Assembly (NCBI GenBank): GCA_963761335.1
Contig: CAVXGR010000018.1
Span: 608,001-672,000 of the forward strand
Direction of reading: 5' to 3'
From: an uncultured delta proteobacterium
Lineage (GTDB): Bacteria; Desulfobacterota; Binatia; HRBIN30; BPIQ01
Length of the DNA: 64,000 nucleotides
How positions within the stretch are numbered: the stretch's first letter is position 1; each line of letters begins with the position of its first letter. Shown piece by piece: positions 9,193 through 17,895 of this stretch. Both the position numbers and the translations under genes were made by a program. The notes under the pieces are model-generated. The model made no database searches. It worked only from the letters and a program-made list of their open reading frames with translations, and was not told the origin of the DNA.

Positions 9193-9693
9193 ATGCAAAT
9201 TGAGATCTGCGAAGCGAGCTTCGGCGACGCGGCGCACTGCGCCGGAATCGTCGATGTGCTCGACTCCTATGCCGCCGATCCGGTCGGCGGCGGCGTGCCG
9301 CTCAGCGCCGAGGTGCGCGCGCGTCTGATCGCCGGGCTGCGCCGGGTTCCCACGGCTCTGGTGCTGATTGCCTTTGCGGCAGATCGCCCTGTCGGCATCG
9401 CGATCTGCTTCTTCGGCTTCTCGACTTTCCAGGCTCGTCCGCTGTTGAACATTCACGACCTGGCGGTGCTTCCCGAGTACCGCGGCAAGGGGATCGGCCG
9501 GCGGCTTCTGGGCGCAGTCGAGGAGCACGCCTTGCAGCGCGGCTGTTGCAAGCTGACGCTCGAGGTCCAGGACGACAACCAGCCGGCCCGCGGTCTGTAC
9601 CATGCCTTCGGGTTCACGGACTTCGTCGTCGGCGATTCGGCGGTCACGCGGTTTCTGGCCAAACCCCTCAGCGGCGCCGCGCACGACGGGTAG
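9193..9693 (+). CDS. GNAT family N-acetyltransferase
   Basis: HDLAVLPEYRGKGIG acetyl-CoA motif; LEV...N..A..LY...GF. Confidence 0.92.
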   Translation: MQIEICEASFGDAAHCAGIVDVLDSYAADPVGGGVPLSAEVRARLIAGLRRVPTALVLIAFAADRPVGIAICFFGFSTFQARPLLNIHDLAVLPEYRGKGIGRRLLGAVEEHALQRGCCKLTLEVQDDNQPARGLYHAFGFTDFVVGDSAVTRFLAKPLSGAAHDG

Positions 9694-9790
9694 TGAAGCG
9701 AGCCGCCCTGCTGCTACGCAGGCGCCGTTTTCGGCGTCTGGTGGTGAGCCGCAAGGCTCGTGACACACCGGGCCCGACGGTTCGTTCTCT

Positions 9791-10807
9791 CTACCAGAGG
9801 CGGCGGCCTTGCCGGAATCCGAGATAGCCCATGGCGAGCAGCACGAGAGCGGCAAACGCCAGCGCCCACGGCGACATCGCCGGCGCGCGGTAGCCGATCG
9901 CGTCGGTGGTGGTGCATGCCAGGCCGGAGAGAACCTGCCCGTCCTCCGGCGTCGTGCACGGCGAACACACGCCGCCGGTCTCGCAGTCGCCGTTGCTGTT
10001 GCAGCCGTAGCCGTCAAGGTCTCCGCCGACGCAGATGCCGGGGAGGCAATCCGTCTGTCCGGGGCAGTCGTTGATGTCCTCGCAGGGGACGTTCTTCGCT
10101 GTCTTGCAGACGCCGTTGTTCTTGGTCGAGAAGGCCACGGTCCAGTTGTGGAGGGTCCCGCCATAGATCGGCGTGAAGACGAGCTGGCCCGTCTTCGTCT
10201 CACCGGCATCGAGCTTTAACGTGAAGCACGCCCCGGCGTGACCGTTCGGCCCGATGCCGCACACCACCGGGCTCAGCGAGTTGGCCGTGGTCTCGGAGCT
10301 CGAGTCCGCCGCCATGTGCTCGCCCATGCCGGCGATGGACGGCGGGATGTGGCAGGTGACTCCCGAGGCGTTGGTGTCGCAGTGGATCTCGTCCCCGCCG
10401 ACGGTGGTCATGACGGCAGATGCGGCCGATGTGCTCCCGCTCGTGTCGCCGCCCACCATGCAGATGATCTCACCATCGATGATCTGGCACTCCGCCATTC
10501 CTCCGGGAACGGTGTAGTCGCCTCCCGTGCAGAAGGCATCGGCGGCGGCGGATGCCTGCGCTTGCTGATTCGGATCGGAAATCCGGCTGATCAGAAAATC
10601 CTTGGGGACAAACGGCACGAGAATCGCCGTGACGTTGCCGACCGGGCAGCTCGAGCGGTTGGTCATGGCGATGTCGAAGGTGACCGGCTCGCCGACGTGC
10701 ACCGTCGCCGGCGTGCTGGTGAGATCGACATCGATCCCACACCCGGCGCACAGAGCCGCCAGAGCCAACCCCAAGGCGAGCTTGCTCAAAAGACCGAGTC
10801 GTCGCAC
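9791..10807 (-). CDS. Cys-rich surface protein with lipobox, DUF11-like Ig domain and IPTL-CTERM-like tail
   Basis: GGGAGG RBS then GTG 10807; LAALCAGC lipobox; VHVGEPVTFDIAMTN; C-terminal APAMSPWAL followed by a hydrophobic helix and RQGRR. Confidence 0.8.
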   Translation of the reverse strand: MRRLGLLSKLALGLALAALCAGCGIDVDLTSTPATVHVGEPVTFDIAMTNRSSCPVGNVTAILVPFVPKDFLISRISDPNQQAQASAAADAFCTGGDYTVPGGMAECQIIDGEIICMVGGDTSGSTSAASAVMTTVGGDEIHCDTNASGVTCHIPPSIAGMGEHMAADSSSETTANSLSPVVCGIGPNGHAGACFTLKLDAGETKTGQLVFTPIYGGTLHNWTVAFSTKNNGVCKTAKNVPCEDINDCPGQTDCLPGICVGGDLDGYGCNSNGDCETGGVCSPCTTPEDGQVLSGLACTTTDAIGYRAPAMSPWALAFAALVLLAMGYLGFRQGRRLW

Positions 10808-10883
10808 GTGCGCCTCCCTCCCCCTGCCGTAAAGGTCAAAATCTGCCTGCTGTTTACCGTTTCTGCCTTGCGCCGACAAGTAC

Positions 10884-11322
10884 CCAAGCAAGAGTAGTGG
10901 TGGATCTTGAGATCAACCGCGTTTCGTTTCAACTTCCCCTTACCAATCAAAATCCCCCACGACCCAACTTGGGCTGGGGGATCGCGCCGCGAAGCGGCGC
11001 AGGCATGTAGCCCCGGGTCGGAGACCCGGGGATCCCGGGTCCGCCTTCCCCGAAGCGCCCCGCCAGGGGCGCAGGCGTGCAAGCCGGGGCGCAGAGGCCT
11101 GTGTCAAAACCGCGCCCGCACCCCTGGCGGGGCGCCAACGGACGTCGACTTCGGGATCCCCGGGTCTCCGACCCGGGGCTACACGCCTGCGCCCCTCCGG
11201 GGCGAACGATCTCCGCGCTCGCGGCCACAGATGCAACCAGGGGAAGTCGGGTTCAACTCAACCAAGCGGGGGTTGTGGTGGATCGGAGTTGACCGCGTTT
11301 CATTTCAAAATCCCCCACTACC
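10884..11322. repeat. Composite intergenic element: nested inverted REP-like repeats flanked by degenerate direct repeats
   Basis: 42-bp arms at 10996-11037 and 11152-11193 are reverse complements with 1 mismatch; inner arms at 11055-11077 and 11113-11135; direct repeats at ~10884-10964 and ~11262-11322. Confidence 0.85.
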
Positions 11323-11401
11323 GGCAAAAGAGTGTCGAGCCGGTGCCCTCCAGAATGCGCCCAGGCTGGCCGCGCTCCCAGGGAGCGGCCTCGCCCGCCT
11401 C

Positions 11402-12553
11402 TCAGATCTTGTAGCGCTGCAGCAGCTGCCGGGCGATCACGGTGCGCTGGATCTCGTTGGTGCCCTCGCCGATGAGCATGAGCGGGGCGTCGCGGTAGAA
11501 GCGCTCGACGGGGAACTCCTGGGTGTAGCCGTAGCCGCCGAGGATGCGCATCGCCTCCAGCGAGATCTCCTGGCAGGCCTCCGAGGCGAAGAGCTTTGCC
11601 ATGCCCGCCTCGAGGTCGCAGCGCTCGCCCCGATCCTTTCGCTCCGCGGCCTGATAGGTGAGCAGGCGGGCCGCCTCGAGCTTGGTGCCCATGTCGGCGA
11701 GCTTGAGCTGGATCGCCTGGTGCTCGGCGATCACCTTGCCGAAGGTCTGCCGCTGCTGGGCATAGCGAATGGCGCACTCGAAGGCGGCGCGCGACACGCC
11801 GACGGCGCGCGCCGCGATGTTGATGCGCCCAACCTCGAGACCGCTCATCACGTGGCGGAATCCCTCGCCCTCGACGCCGCCGATCAGGTTGGCGGCCGGG
11901 ACGGGGTGGTCCTCGAAGACCACCTCGCAGGTCTCGATGCCCTTGTAGCCGAGCTTGGCGATGTCGCGGCTGACGCTGACCCCCGGGCCGCGCTCGGCGA
12001 CGAACATGCTGATGCCGCGGTAGGGCGGGTCGGCGTCCTTGTCGGTCTTGGCCGCGGTGGCGTAGAGCGTCGCCGTGCGCGCGTTGGTGATGAACATCTT
12101 GGTGCCGTTCAGCAGGTAGACGTCGCCCTTGCGCGTCGCCGTGGTGCGGATGCGCTGCACGTCACTGCCGGCGTGCGGTTCGGTGAGACACAGGGCGCCG
12201 CGGTGCTCGCCGCGGGCCATGCCCGGAAGGTACTTCTCCTTCTGCTCCGCGGTTCCGTGCATGCGCAGCATGTAAGCCAGCATCAGATGCGTGTTGAGCA
12301 CTCCAGAGAGGCTCATCCAGCCGCGGCAGATCTCCTCGACGACCATGGCGTAGGTCGTGGTGTCGAGCCCGAGCCCGCCGTACTCCTGGGGAATGGTCGC
12401 CCCGAAGAGGCCGAGCTCGCGCATCTGATCCACCAGCGCCTGCGGGTACTCGTTGCGGTGCTCCAGCTCGCTGGCGTTGGGCATCACCTCGCGCTCGACG
12501 AAACGGCGGACGGTGGCGACGATCTCCTCGCGGACTTCGAGTGGCGTGCTCAA
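11402..12553 (-). CDS. Acyl-CoA dehydrogenase
   Basis: LTEPHAGSD, NGTKMFITN, R..FG..I...Q, GGYGY, IGEGTNEIQR motifs; AAAGGAGGT RBS before TTG 12553. Confidence 0.95.
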   Translation of the reverse strand: MSTPLEVREEIVATVRRFVEREVMPNASELEHRNEYPQALVDQMRELGLFGATIPQEYGGLGLDTTTYAMVVEEICRGWMSLSGVLNTHLMLAYMLRMHGTAEQKEKYLPGMARGEHRGALCLTEPHAGSDVQRIRTTATRKGDVYLLNGTKMFITNARTATLYATAAKTDKDADPPYRGISMFVAERGPGVSVSRDIAKLGYKGIETCEVVFEDHPVPAANLIGGVEGEGFRHVMSGLEVGRINIAARAVGVSRAAFECAIRYAQQRQTFGKVIAEHQAIQLKLADMGTKLEAARLLTYQAAERKDRGERCDLEAGMAKLFASEACQEISLEAMRILGGYGYTQEFPVERFYRDAPLMLIGEGTNEIQRTVIARQLLQRYKI

Positions 12554-12626
12554 GGGAACCTCCTTTGGAAGAACCCGCTGTCTGTCACGGAAGCCGCAGG
12601 GTTGGCAAGCGTGAGCGCTGTGGAAA

Positions 12627-12730
12627 GCAAAGACGCAAAGACGCAAAGACGCAAAGACGCAAAGACGCAAAGACGCAAAGACGCAAAGACGCAAAGACGC
12701 AAAGACGCAAAGACGCAAAGACGCAAAGAC
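12627..12730 (+). repeat. Perfect tandem repeat (GCAAAGAC)x13
   Basis: 104 bp equals 13 exact copies of an 8-mer, lying between divergent genes. Confidence 0.97.
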
Positions 12731-12887
12731 GACTAGGGGTCCGCCACCGGATCATCTCTTGAACATCGACTCGGCCGCTCTTGGGGCGAAGTGGGGGAGC
12801 CGCTTTCTTGCGCCCCTGCGGGGCGTCGGTTAGGTTCTGGCGCGCTATGGGTGCCGGATCCCGCGGGTGCAGGCGCGAGGCGGTTGC

Positions 12888-15140
12888 GTGAAGGCGGTTG
12901 CCTCGGGGCTCTGCGCCTGCGCCATCGTCTTCCTGCTGGCCGGCGCCGCGGTGACGCCCGCGGTGGAGTCGCCGGCGGCCTCTCCCGAGGCGCCGTCGCC
13001 GGTGGCCACCGAGGTGTTCACCGGCAGCGGCGAGGCGCAGCGGGCGGTGGAGCGCCCGGCGACGCCGACCGTGGCCTACTGGCGCGTCGAGATCTATGTG
13101 GAGATGCCGGCGGCGACCCCCGGGGCGCGCCTCGAGATGCTTCTGCCGCTCTCCGACGCCCATCAGCGCATCCTCGTCCGCCGCGTCGTCGCCGACGACT
13201 TCTCCTTCCAGGAGAGCAGCTCCAGCCTGAACCTGCGCGGCATCTGGGTGCGCACCGCGTCGCCGGAGCCGGCAGAGATCCAGTATGAGATCACCGCGGA
13301 GATCAGCGACTCCGAGGCGACCATCCCACGCGACGCGCGCGCCCGGAAGAGGCGTCTCTCGGCGGAGAGCCGCGACGATCTCGAGGCCTCGGCTCTGGTG
13401 CAGAGCGGCGACCCGGAAATTCGCCGCCGGGCGCGCGAGCTCACTGCGGATACGCCGACGACGGACGCCGCGGCCTGGGCGCTCTTCCAGTACGCCGCTT
13501 CCCTGGCGCACGGCGGCGGCGCCGAGGTGCAGGAGGACGCCCGCAGCGTTCTGCAGGCACAACGCGGGAACGCCACCGGCAAGGCACGGCTGCTCACCGC
13601 CATGCTGCGCAGCCGCGGGATTCCGGCGCGCGTCGTCGGCGGGCTCAAGCTCGAGGATGCGACCAAGAAGCGCGCCACCGTCTCCTGGGTGGAGGCCGAC
13701 CTCGGCAACGGCTGGGTGCCCGTGGACCCGGGCGGCAACCACTTCGGTTGGCTACCCCACGACTATCTCGCCCTCTATCGCGGCGACCTGCCGTTGATCG
13801 TGCACAGCGGCGGGCTCGACGTCGAGTATGGCTTCGTGGTTCGCAAGGCCACGCGCGAGGTCGCTCTCGGCCTTGAGCGCGCTCAGCCGGGGACGCGCCG
13901 GGTGCAGGTGGAGACGCGCATCGGCGCGCAGCGCGTGCGCGCCGTCACCAGCTATCAGGACAAGCCGGTCGCCTCGGCGCTGCTGCTCGTCGACCAGAGC
14001 GTCCCGGAGAACGTCAGCGAGCGCATCGTGCGCGAGGCGCGCGCCGACGAGGTGAGCATCGTGATGCTGCAGGCGAGCTTCGAGTCGCGCTACTTCCGCG
14101 AGCAGCACCTGCAGCGGCTGGTCGCCAACAACGTCAGTCTGGTGAGCGGCGCCCACATGGTGCTGGTGTCCACCATGGACGACGCCGGGCTCTACGCCCT
14201 CTTCGCGCTCGGCGAGCGCGGCATCACCATGGGCGACGCGCGCATCGTCATTGCCGGCAGCTTCCCGGCGCCGGTCGGCACCGTCCTCGGCGCCGTGCTG
14301 CTGCGCCTGCTCGACGCCGGCGAGATCGTCCTCGTGCATCGCCCGGCGGCTCTTCTCGGCCTCTGGGAGACGGCGCGGGCCAACCTGCTGCGCGGCGTGC
14401 CCATGGAGGAGTCGTCGCAGAAATGGGATCTGCAGATGCGCACAGTGACCCCGGCGACCCTGCGGCAGATGAGTCGCTGGCGACGGCTGGTGGTCGGCGC
14501 CTGGACCCGTGCCGTGCGCGCCCAGGTGCCCCTGCAGGCGCTCAACCTGATCCTCATCCTGCCGATCATCGCGTCGATCATCGTCATCGCCCGCGTGGTC
14601 GTCGGCATCGATACCTTCGGCACCTTCTCCCCGGTGATCGTCTCGCTGGCATTCCTCACCACCGGCCTGCAATGGGGCGCGATCATCTTCGTCGTCATCG
14701 TCACCTCGGGCGCCTTGGTGCGCATGCTGCTGCAGCGCCTGCGGCTGCAGCTGGTGTCGCGGCTGTCCATTCTCATCGCCACGGTCGCCGGGGTGATGGC
14801 CGGCCTGACCGTGCTCGGCGCCTCCTTCGGCATCGGGGCGCTGATCAACGTCAGCATCTTCCCCATGGTGATCATGTCGAGTGTGATCGAGAACTTCGCC
14901 TCGTCGCAGTTCGAGTTCGGCACGCGCGAAGCGGTGCGCCTGACCTTCAACACGCTGATCATGGCCTGCATCTGCTATCTCTCGATCGAGACGCTCGGGC
15001 TGCAGTCGATCGTGCTGGCCTTCCCCGAGGTCATTCTCGTCGCCGTCGGCCTCAACGTCGCCCTCGGCAAGTGGCGCGGGCTGCGCCTCACCGAGTACCT
15101 GCGCTTCGCCGACCTGGCGCGGGAACGCCCGCGGGCATGA
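12888..15140 (+). CDS. Inactive transglutaminase-like domain fused to 7TM region (ATP-grasp-associated membrane protein)
   Basis: RSRGIPARVVGG...SWVE...WVPVDP transglutaminase-like core lacking catalytic Cys/His; C-terminal GIDTFGTFSPV, SIFPMVI, WRGLRLTEYLRF motifs. Confidence 0.88.
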   Translation: MKAVASGLCACAIVFLLAGAAVTPAVESPAASPEAPSPVATEVFTGSGEAQRAVERPATPTVAYWRVEIYVEMPAATPGARLEMLLPLSDAHQRILVRRVVADDFSFQESSSSLNLRGIWVRTASPEPAEIQYEITAEISDSEATIPRDARARKRRLSAESRDDLEASALVQSGDPEIRRRARELTADTPTTDAAAWALFQYAASLAHGGGAEVQEDARSVLQAQRGNATGKARLLTAMLRSRGIPARVVGGLKLEDATKKRATVSWVEADLGNGWVPVDPGGNHFGWLPHDYLALYRGDLPLIVHSGGLDVEYGFVVRKATREVALGLERAQPGTRRVQVETRIGAQRVRAVTSYQDKPVASALLLVDQSVPENVSERIVREARADEVSIVMLQASFESRYFREQHLQRLVANNVSLVSGAHMVLVSTMDDAGLYALFALGERGITMGDARIVIAGSFPAPVGTVLGAVLLRLLDAGEIVLVHRPAALLGLWETARANLLRGVPMEESSQKWDLQMRTVTPATLRQMSRWRRLVVGAWTRAVRAQVPLQALNLILILPIIASIIVIARVVVGIDTFGTFSPVIVSLAFLTTGLQWGAIIFVVIVTSGALVRMLLQRLRLQLVSRLSILIATVAGVMAGLTVLGASFGIGALINVSIFPMVIMSSVIENFASSQFEFGTREAVRLTFNTLIMACICYLSIETLGLQSIVLAFPEVILVAVGLNVALGKWRGLRLTEYLRFADLARERPRA

Positions 15141-16090
15141 GTCTGATCCAGGGGCTGCGCCGCCTGCGCGCCGAGGTGCTCGGCATGAACCGGCGCAACA
15201 TCGACCTGCTGCAGCGCTACAACCGCGGCCCGCTCTACGCCATCGTCGACCACAAGCAGGAGACCAAGGTGGCGTTGGCCGCTCGCGGCCTGCCGGTGCC
15301 GGAGACCTATGCCGTGTGCGCCAGCCCTTCGCGGCTGGGACTCCTCGCCGACGAGATGATGCGGCGCAGCGAGTTCGTCCTCAAGCCGGCGCGCGGCGCC
15401 GGGGGCGAGGGCATCGTCGTCATCGCGGCGCGCGACGGTGAGATCTTTCGCACCGCCAGCGGCCGGCGAATCAAGCGCTCGCACATCGTCGCGCACGCCG
15501 CCGACATCCTCGCCGGCGCCTATGCGCTCAGTCAGGCGCGCGACGAGGCGCTGCTCGAGTACCGGCTGCGCGGCGCTCCGGAGCTGGCGCCCTTCAGCCC
15601 CGGCGGCGTTCCCGACGTCCGCGTGATCGTCTTTCGCGGTGTGCCGATCATGGCCATGCTGCGCCTGCCCACCACCGCCTCCGACGGCCGCGCCAACCTG
15701 CACGCCGGCGGCATCGGCGTGGGGATCGGTATCGCCAGCGGGCGAACGGGGGCGGCGGTGTGCCAGGGGCGCCCGATCTTCGCGCATCCGGACAGCGGCG
15801 CGACTCTGGGCGGCTGGACGGTGCCGCACTGGGAGCGGATGCGCCGCATGGCGGCCGAGGCCTACGAGGCCGTGCCACTCGGCTACTTCGGTGTCGACAT
15901 CGTTCTCGACGCCGCCCGCGGCCCGGTGATTCTGGAGATGAACGCCCGTCCCGGGCTGGCGATCCAGCTGGCGACGCAGCGCGGCCTGCGCGTCGTCGTC
16001 GATCGGGTCGCCGCCCTACAGAAGATCGAGGAGCGCCCCGCCGAAGAGCGCGACAGGGTGGGCGTGGAGATCTCGGCGCCGCTCGAATAG
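15137..16090 (+). CDS. Alpha-L-glutamate ligase-like ATP-grasp protein
   Basis: LGMNRRN start, KPARGAGGEGI, GVPDVRVI, AMLRLPT..SDGRANLHAGG, LEMNARPGLAIQ; ATGA overlap with the upstream gene. Confidence 0.92.
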   Translation: MSLIQGLRRLRAEVLGMNRRNIDLLQRYNRGPLYAIVDHKQETKVALAARGLPVPETYAVCASPSRLGLLADEMMRRSEFVLKPARGAGGEGIVVIAARDGEIFRTASGRRIKRSHIVAHAADILAGAYALSQARDEALLEYRLRGAPELAPFSPGGVPDVRVIVFRGVPIMAMLRLPTTASDGRANLHAGGIGVGIGIASGRTGAAVCQGRPIFAHPDSGATLGGWTVPHWERMRRMAAEAYEAVPLGYFGVDIVLDAARGPVILEMNARPGLAIQLATQRGLRVVVDRVAALQKIEERPAEERDRVGVEISAPLE

Positions 16091-16117
16091 GTGGGAGGAC
16101 GCCAGCGGCTGCGGGAA

Positions 16118-16243
16118 TTCTCATTCGTCATCCTCATTCTCGTCCCGTCGTTTTCCATTTCTCTGAAGGGTGCGGGAATCACCGCAGCGCGCAGAGCAAT
16201 GGAAAACGACGGCACGAGAATGAGAACCGGGAACGGAGAACCG
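16118..16243. repeat. Palindromic intergenic element, copy 1
   Basis: CCGTCGTTTTCCATTTCTCTG (16145-16165) and CAGAGCAATGGAAAACGACGG (16192-16212) arms flanked by TTCTCA/TGAGAA short repeats; lies between convergent genes. Confidence 0.9.
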
Positions 16244-16996
16244 TTACGACTGCAGCAGCTGGTTCAGCGCCTTGGTGCGGGCGTCGCGCACCAGCATCAC
16301 GTTGCGGATGGCTTCGCGGCAGCGCCGTTGTACCACGGGGCTGCCGGCCACCTTGCGAAAGAGCGCCTCGGCCTTGTCGCCGTGATCGGTCTCCGCATAG
16401 GCGTGCACGGCGAAGTTGCGGACTTCCATGCCGTAGTGCGCCTTCAATCCCTCGTAGAGGGTGCGCGCATAGCCCGAGCGCGCCGCCAGCCGCTCGCCGG
16501 CGAAGCCGAAGACGGCGATGCCCTCCTCGTACGAGCGGCGGATGTAATAGAGCATGGTGAAGGTGGTGGCGACGGTGTCGGGAAGAGGCACGTAGGCCTC
16601 GAGCTCCTCGGCGCTGATCCCCAGCTGCTGGCACCACTCCCACTTCATCTCCACGTGGTTCGGGTCGCCGAGGTAGCCGCTCTCGTCGGCGAAGTTCTGC
16701 GTCCAGTGCCCGTAGTGCTCCGAGCCGGCCATGGTGAGCGCGTCGGCGTCTGGAGCGTTGGCGATGAGGATGGCGAACTCCGGCGTCATCCACTTTCCGA
16801 GGTAGTAGTATTCCTTGGCCAGCGTCTTCACCACCGGCAACGGTGCGCTGCCGGCGCCGACGGCGGCGGTGATCTCGTCGCGGGTTACCATGATCTCGGC
16901 GATCATGCGGTCGAGGTCGGCGAGGTACTCATCGACCGGCATGGCGGTCTCCGCGGCGGTGTTTTTGATGACGTTCTTGAACCCGCTATCGGCCAT
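16244..16996 (-). CDS. Heme-oxygenase-like diiron protein (PqqC/TenA/CADD-like iron-containing redox enzyme)
   Basis: Helical protein with DESG..NH, GERL and VHAYAETDH candidate metal ligands; GGGAGGG RBS. Confidence 0.75.
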   Translation of the reverse strand: MADSGFKNVIKNTAAETAMPVDEYLADLDRMIAEIMVTRDEITAAVGAGSAPLPVVKTLAKEYYYLGKWMTPEFAILIANAPDADALTMAGSEHYGHWTQNFADESGYLGDPNHVEMKWEWCQQLGISAEELEAYVPLPDTVATTFTMLYYIRRSYEEGIAVFGFAGERLAARSGYARTLYEGLKAHYGMEVRNFAVHAYAETDHGDKAEALFRKVAGSPVVQRRCREAIRNVMLVRDARTKALNQLLQS

Positions 16997-17099
16997 CGGA
17001 AGCCCTCCCTTCTCACAGGACACGAGTCGCCGGGCCCTTGTCAAGCGGCGCTTGCGACCGTGCTCGCTTCGGGTGTAAGCCCCGTGGGCGGAGGGACCG

Positions 17100-17885
17100 A
17101 TGCGACTGAAAGACAAGGTAGCCGTCATCACCGGAGCGGGGCAGGGGATCGGCAAGGCCTACGCCCACCGCTTCGCGCGCGAAGGCGCGAAGATCGTCAT
17201 CGCCGAGGTGAACGAGGAGAACGGCCGCCGGACCGAAGAGGAGGTCCGCGGCGCCGGCGCCGAGGCGTTCTTCATCCGCACCGACGTCTCCAGCGAGCAG
17301 AGCTGCGGCGCGATGGCGGAGAAAGTGGCCGAGCATTTCGGCCGCATCGACATCCTGCTGAACAACGCCGCGATCTTCTACGGATTGGACCGGGAAAATC
17401 ACTCTCTCGAGTACTTCAACCGCATTCTCTCGGTGAACCTGACCGGCGTGTGGCTCTGCACCCGCGCCGTCGAGCGCTTCATGAAGCGCCAGGGGAAGGG
17501 CAAGATCATCAATCAGTCCTCGACGGCGGCCTACATGGGCAACGTCGGCTTCGTCGACACCACGGACCCGGACAAACCCTCCCCGCCGTTCCATTACAGC
17601 GTGGCGAAGATGGGCGTCGGCGGCCTGACCAAGTACTTCGCCGGCGCCCTCGGGCCGTGGGGTATCAACGTCAACGCCATCGCTCCGGGGGTGACGATGA
17701 CCGAGGCCACCAAGACCGTGGTGCCCGAGGAGATGATCAATACGCTGGTGATGTTCACTGCGCTGCGCAAGCCGCTGCAGCCGGAGGACCTGACCGGCAC
17801 GGCGGTGTTCCTGGCGTCCGAGGACAGCGACATGATGACCGGGCAGGTGCTGGTCGTCGATGCCGGCATGATCATGCTGGGTTAG
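17100..17885 (+). CDS. Short-chain dehydrogenase/reductase
   Basis: TGAGQGIG, NNAA, YSVAK, NAIAPG motifs. Confidence 0.95.
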   Translation: MRLKDKVAVITGAGQGIGKAYAHRFAREGAKIVIAEVNEENGRRTEEEVRGAGAEAFFIRTDVSSEQSCGAMAEKVAEHFGRIDILLNNAAIFYGLDRENHSLEYFNRILSVNLTGVWLCTRAVERFMKRQGKGKIINQSSTAAYMGNVGFVDTTDPDKPSPPFHYSVAKMGVGGLTKYFAGALGPWGINVNAIAPGVTMTEATKTVVPEEMINTLVMFTALRKPLQPEDLTGTAVFLASEDSDMMTGQVLVVDAGMIMLG

Positions 17886-17895
17886 GGGGAAATCG

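Noticed and set aside
12627..12730. Tandem repeat as a CRISPR array or as a coding repeat (RLCVFASL / QRRKDAKT) extending the acyl-CoA dehydrogenase
   Set aside because: There are no spacers and the unit is only 8 bp. The dehydrogenase has a strong RBS and TTG start at 12553, so the repeat-derived N-terminal extension is an artefact.
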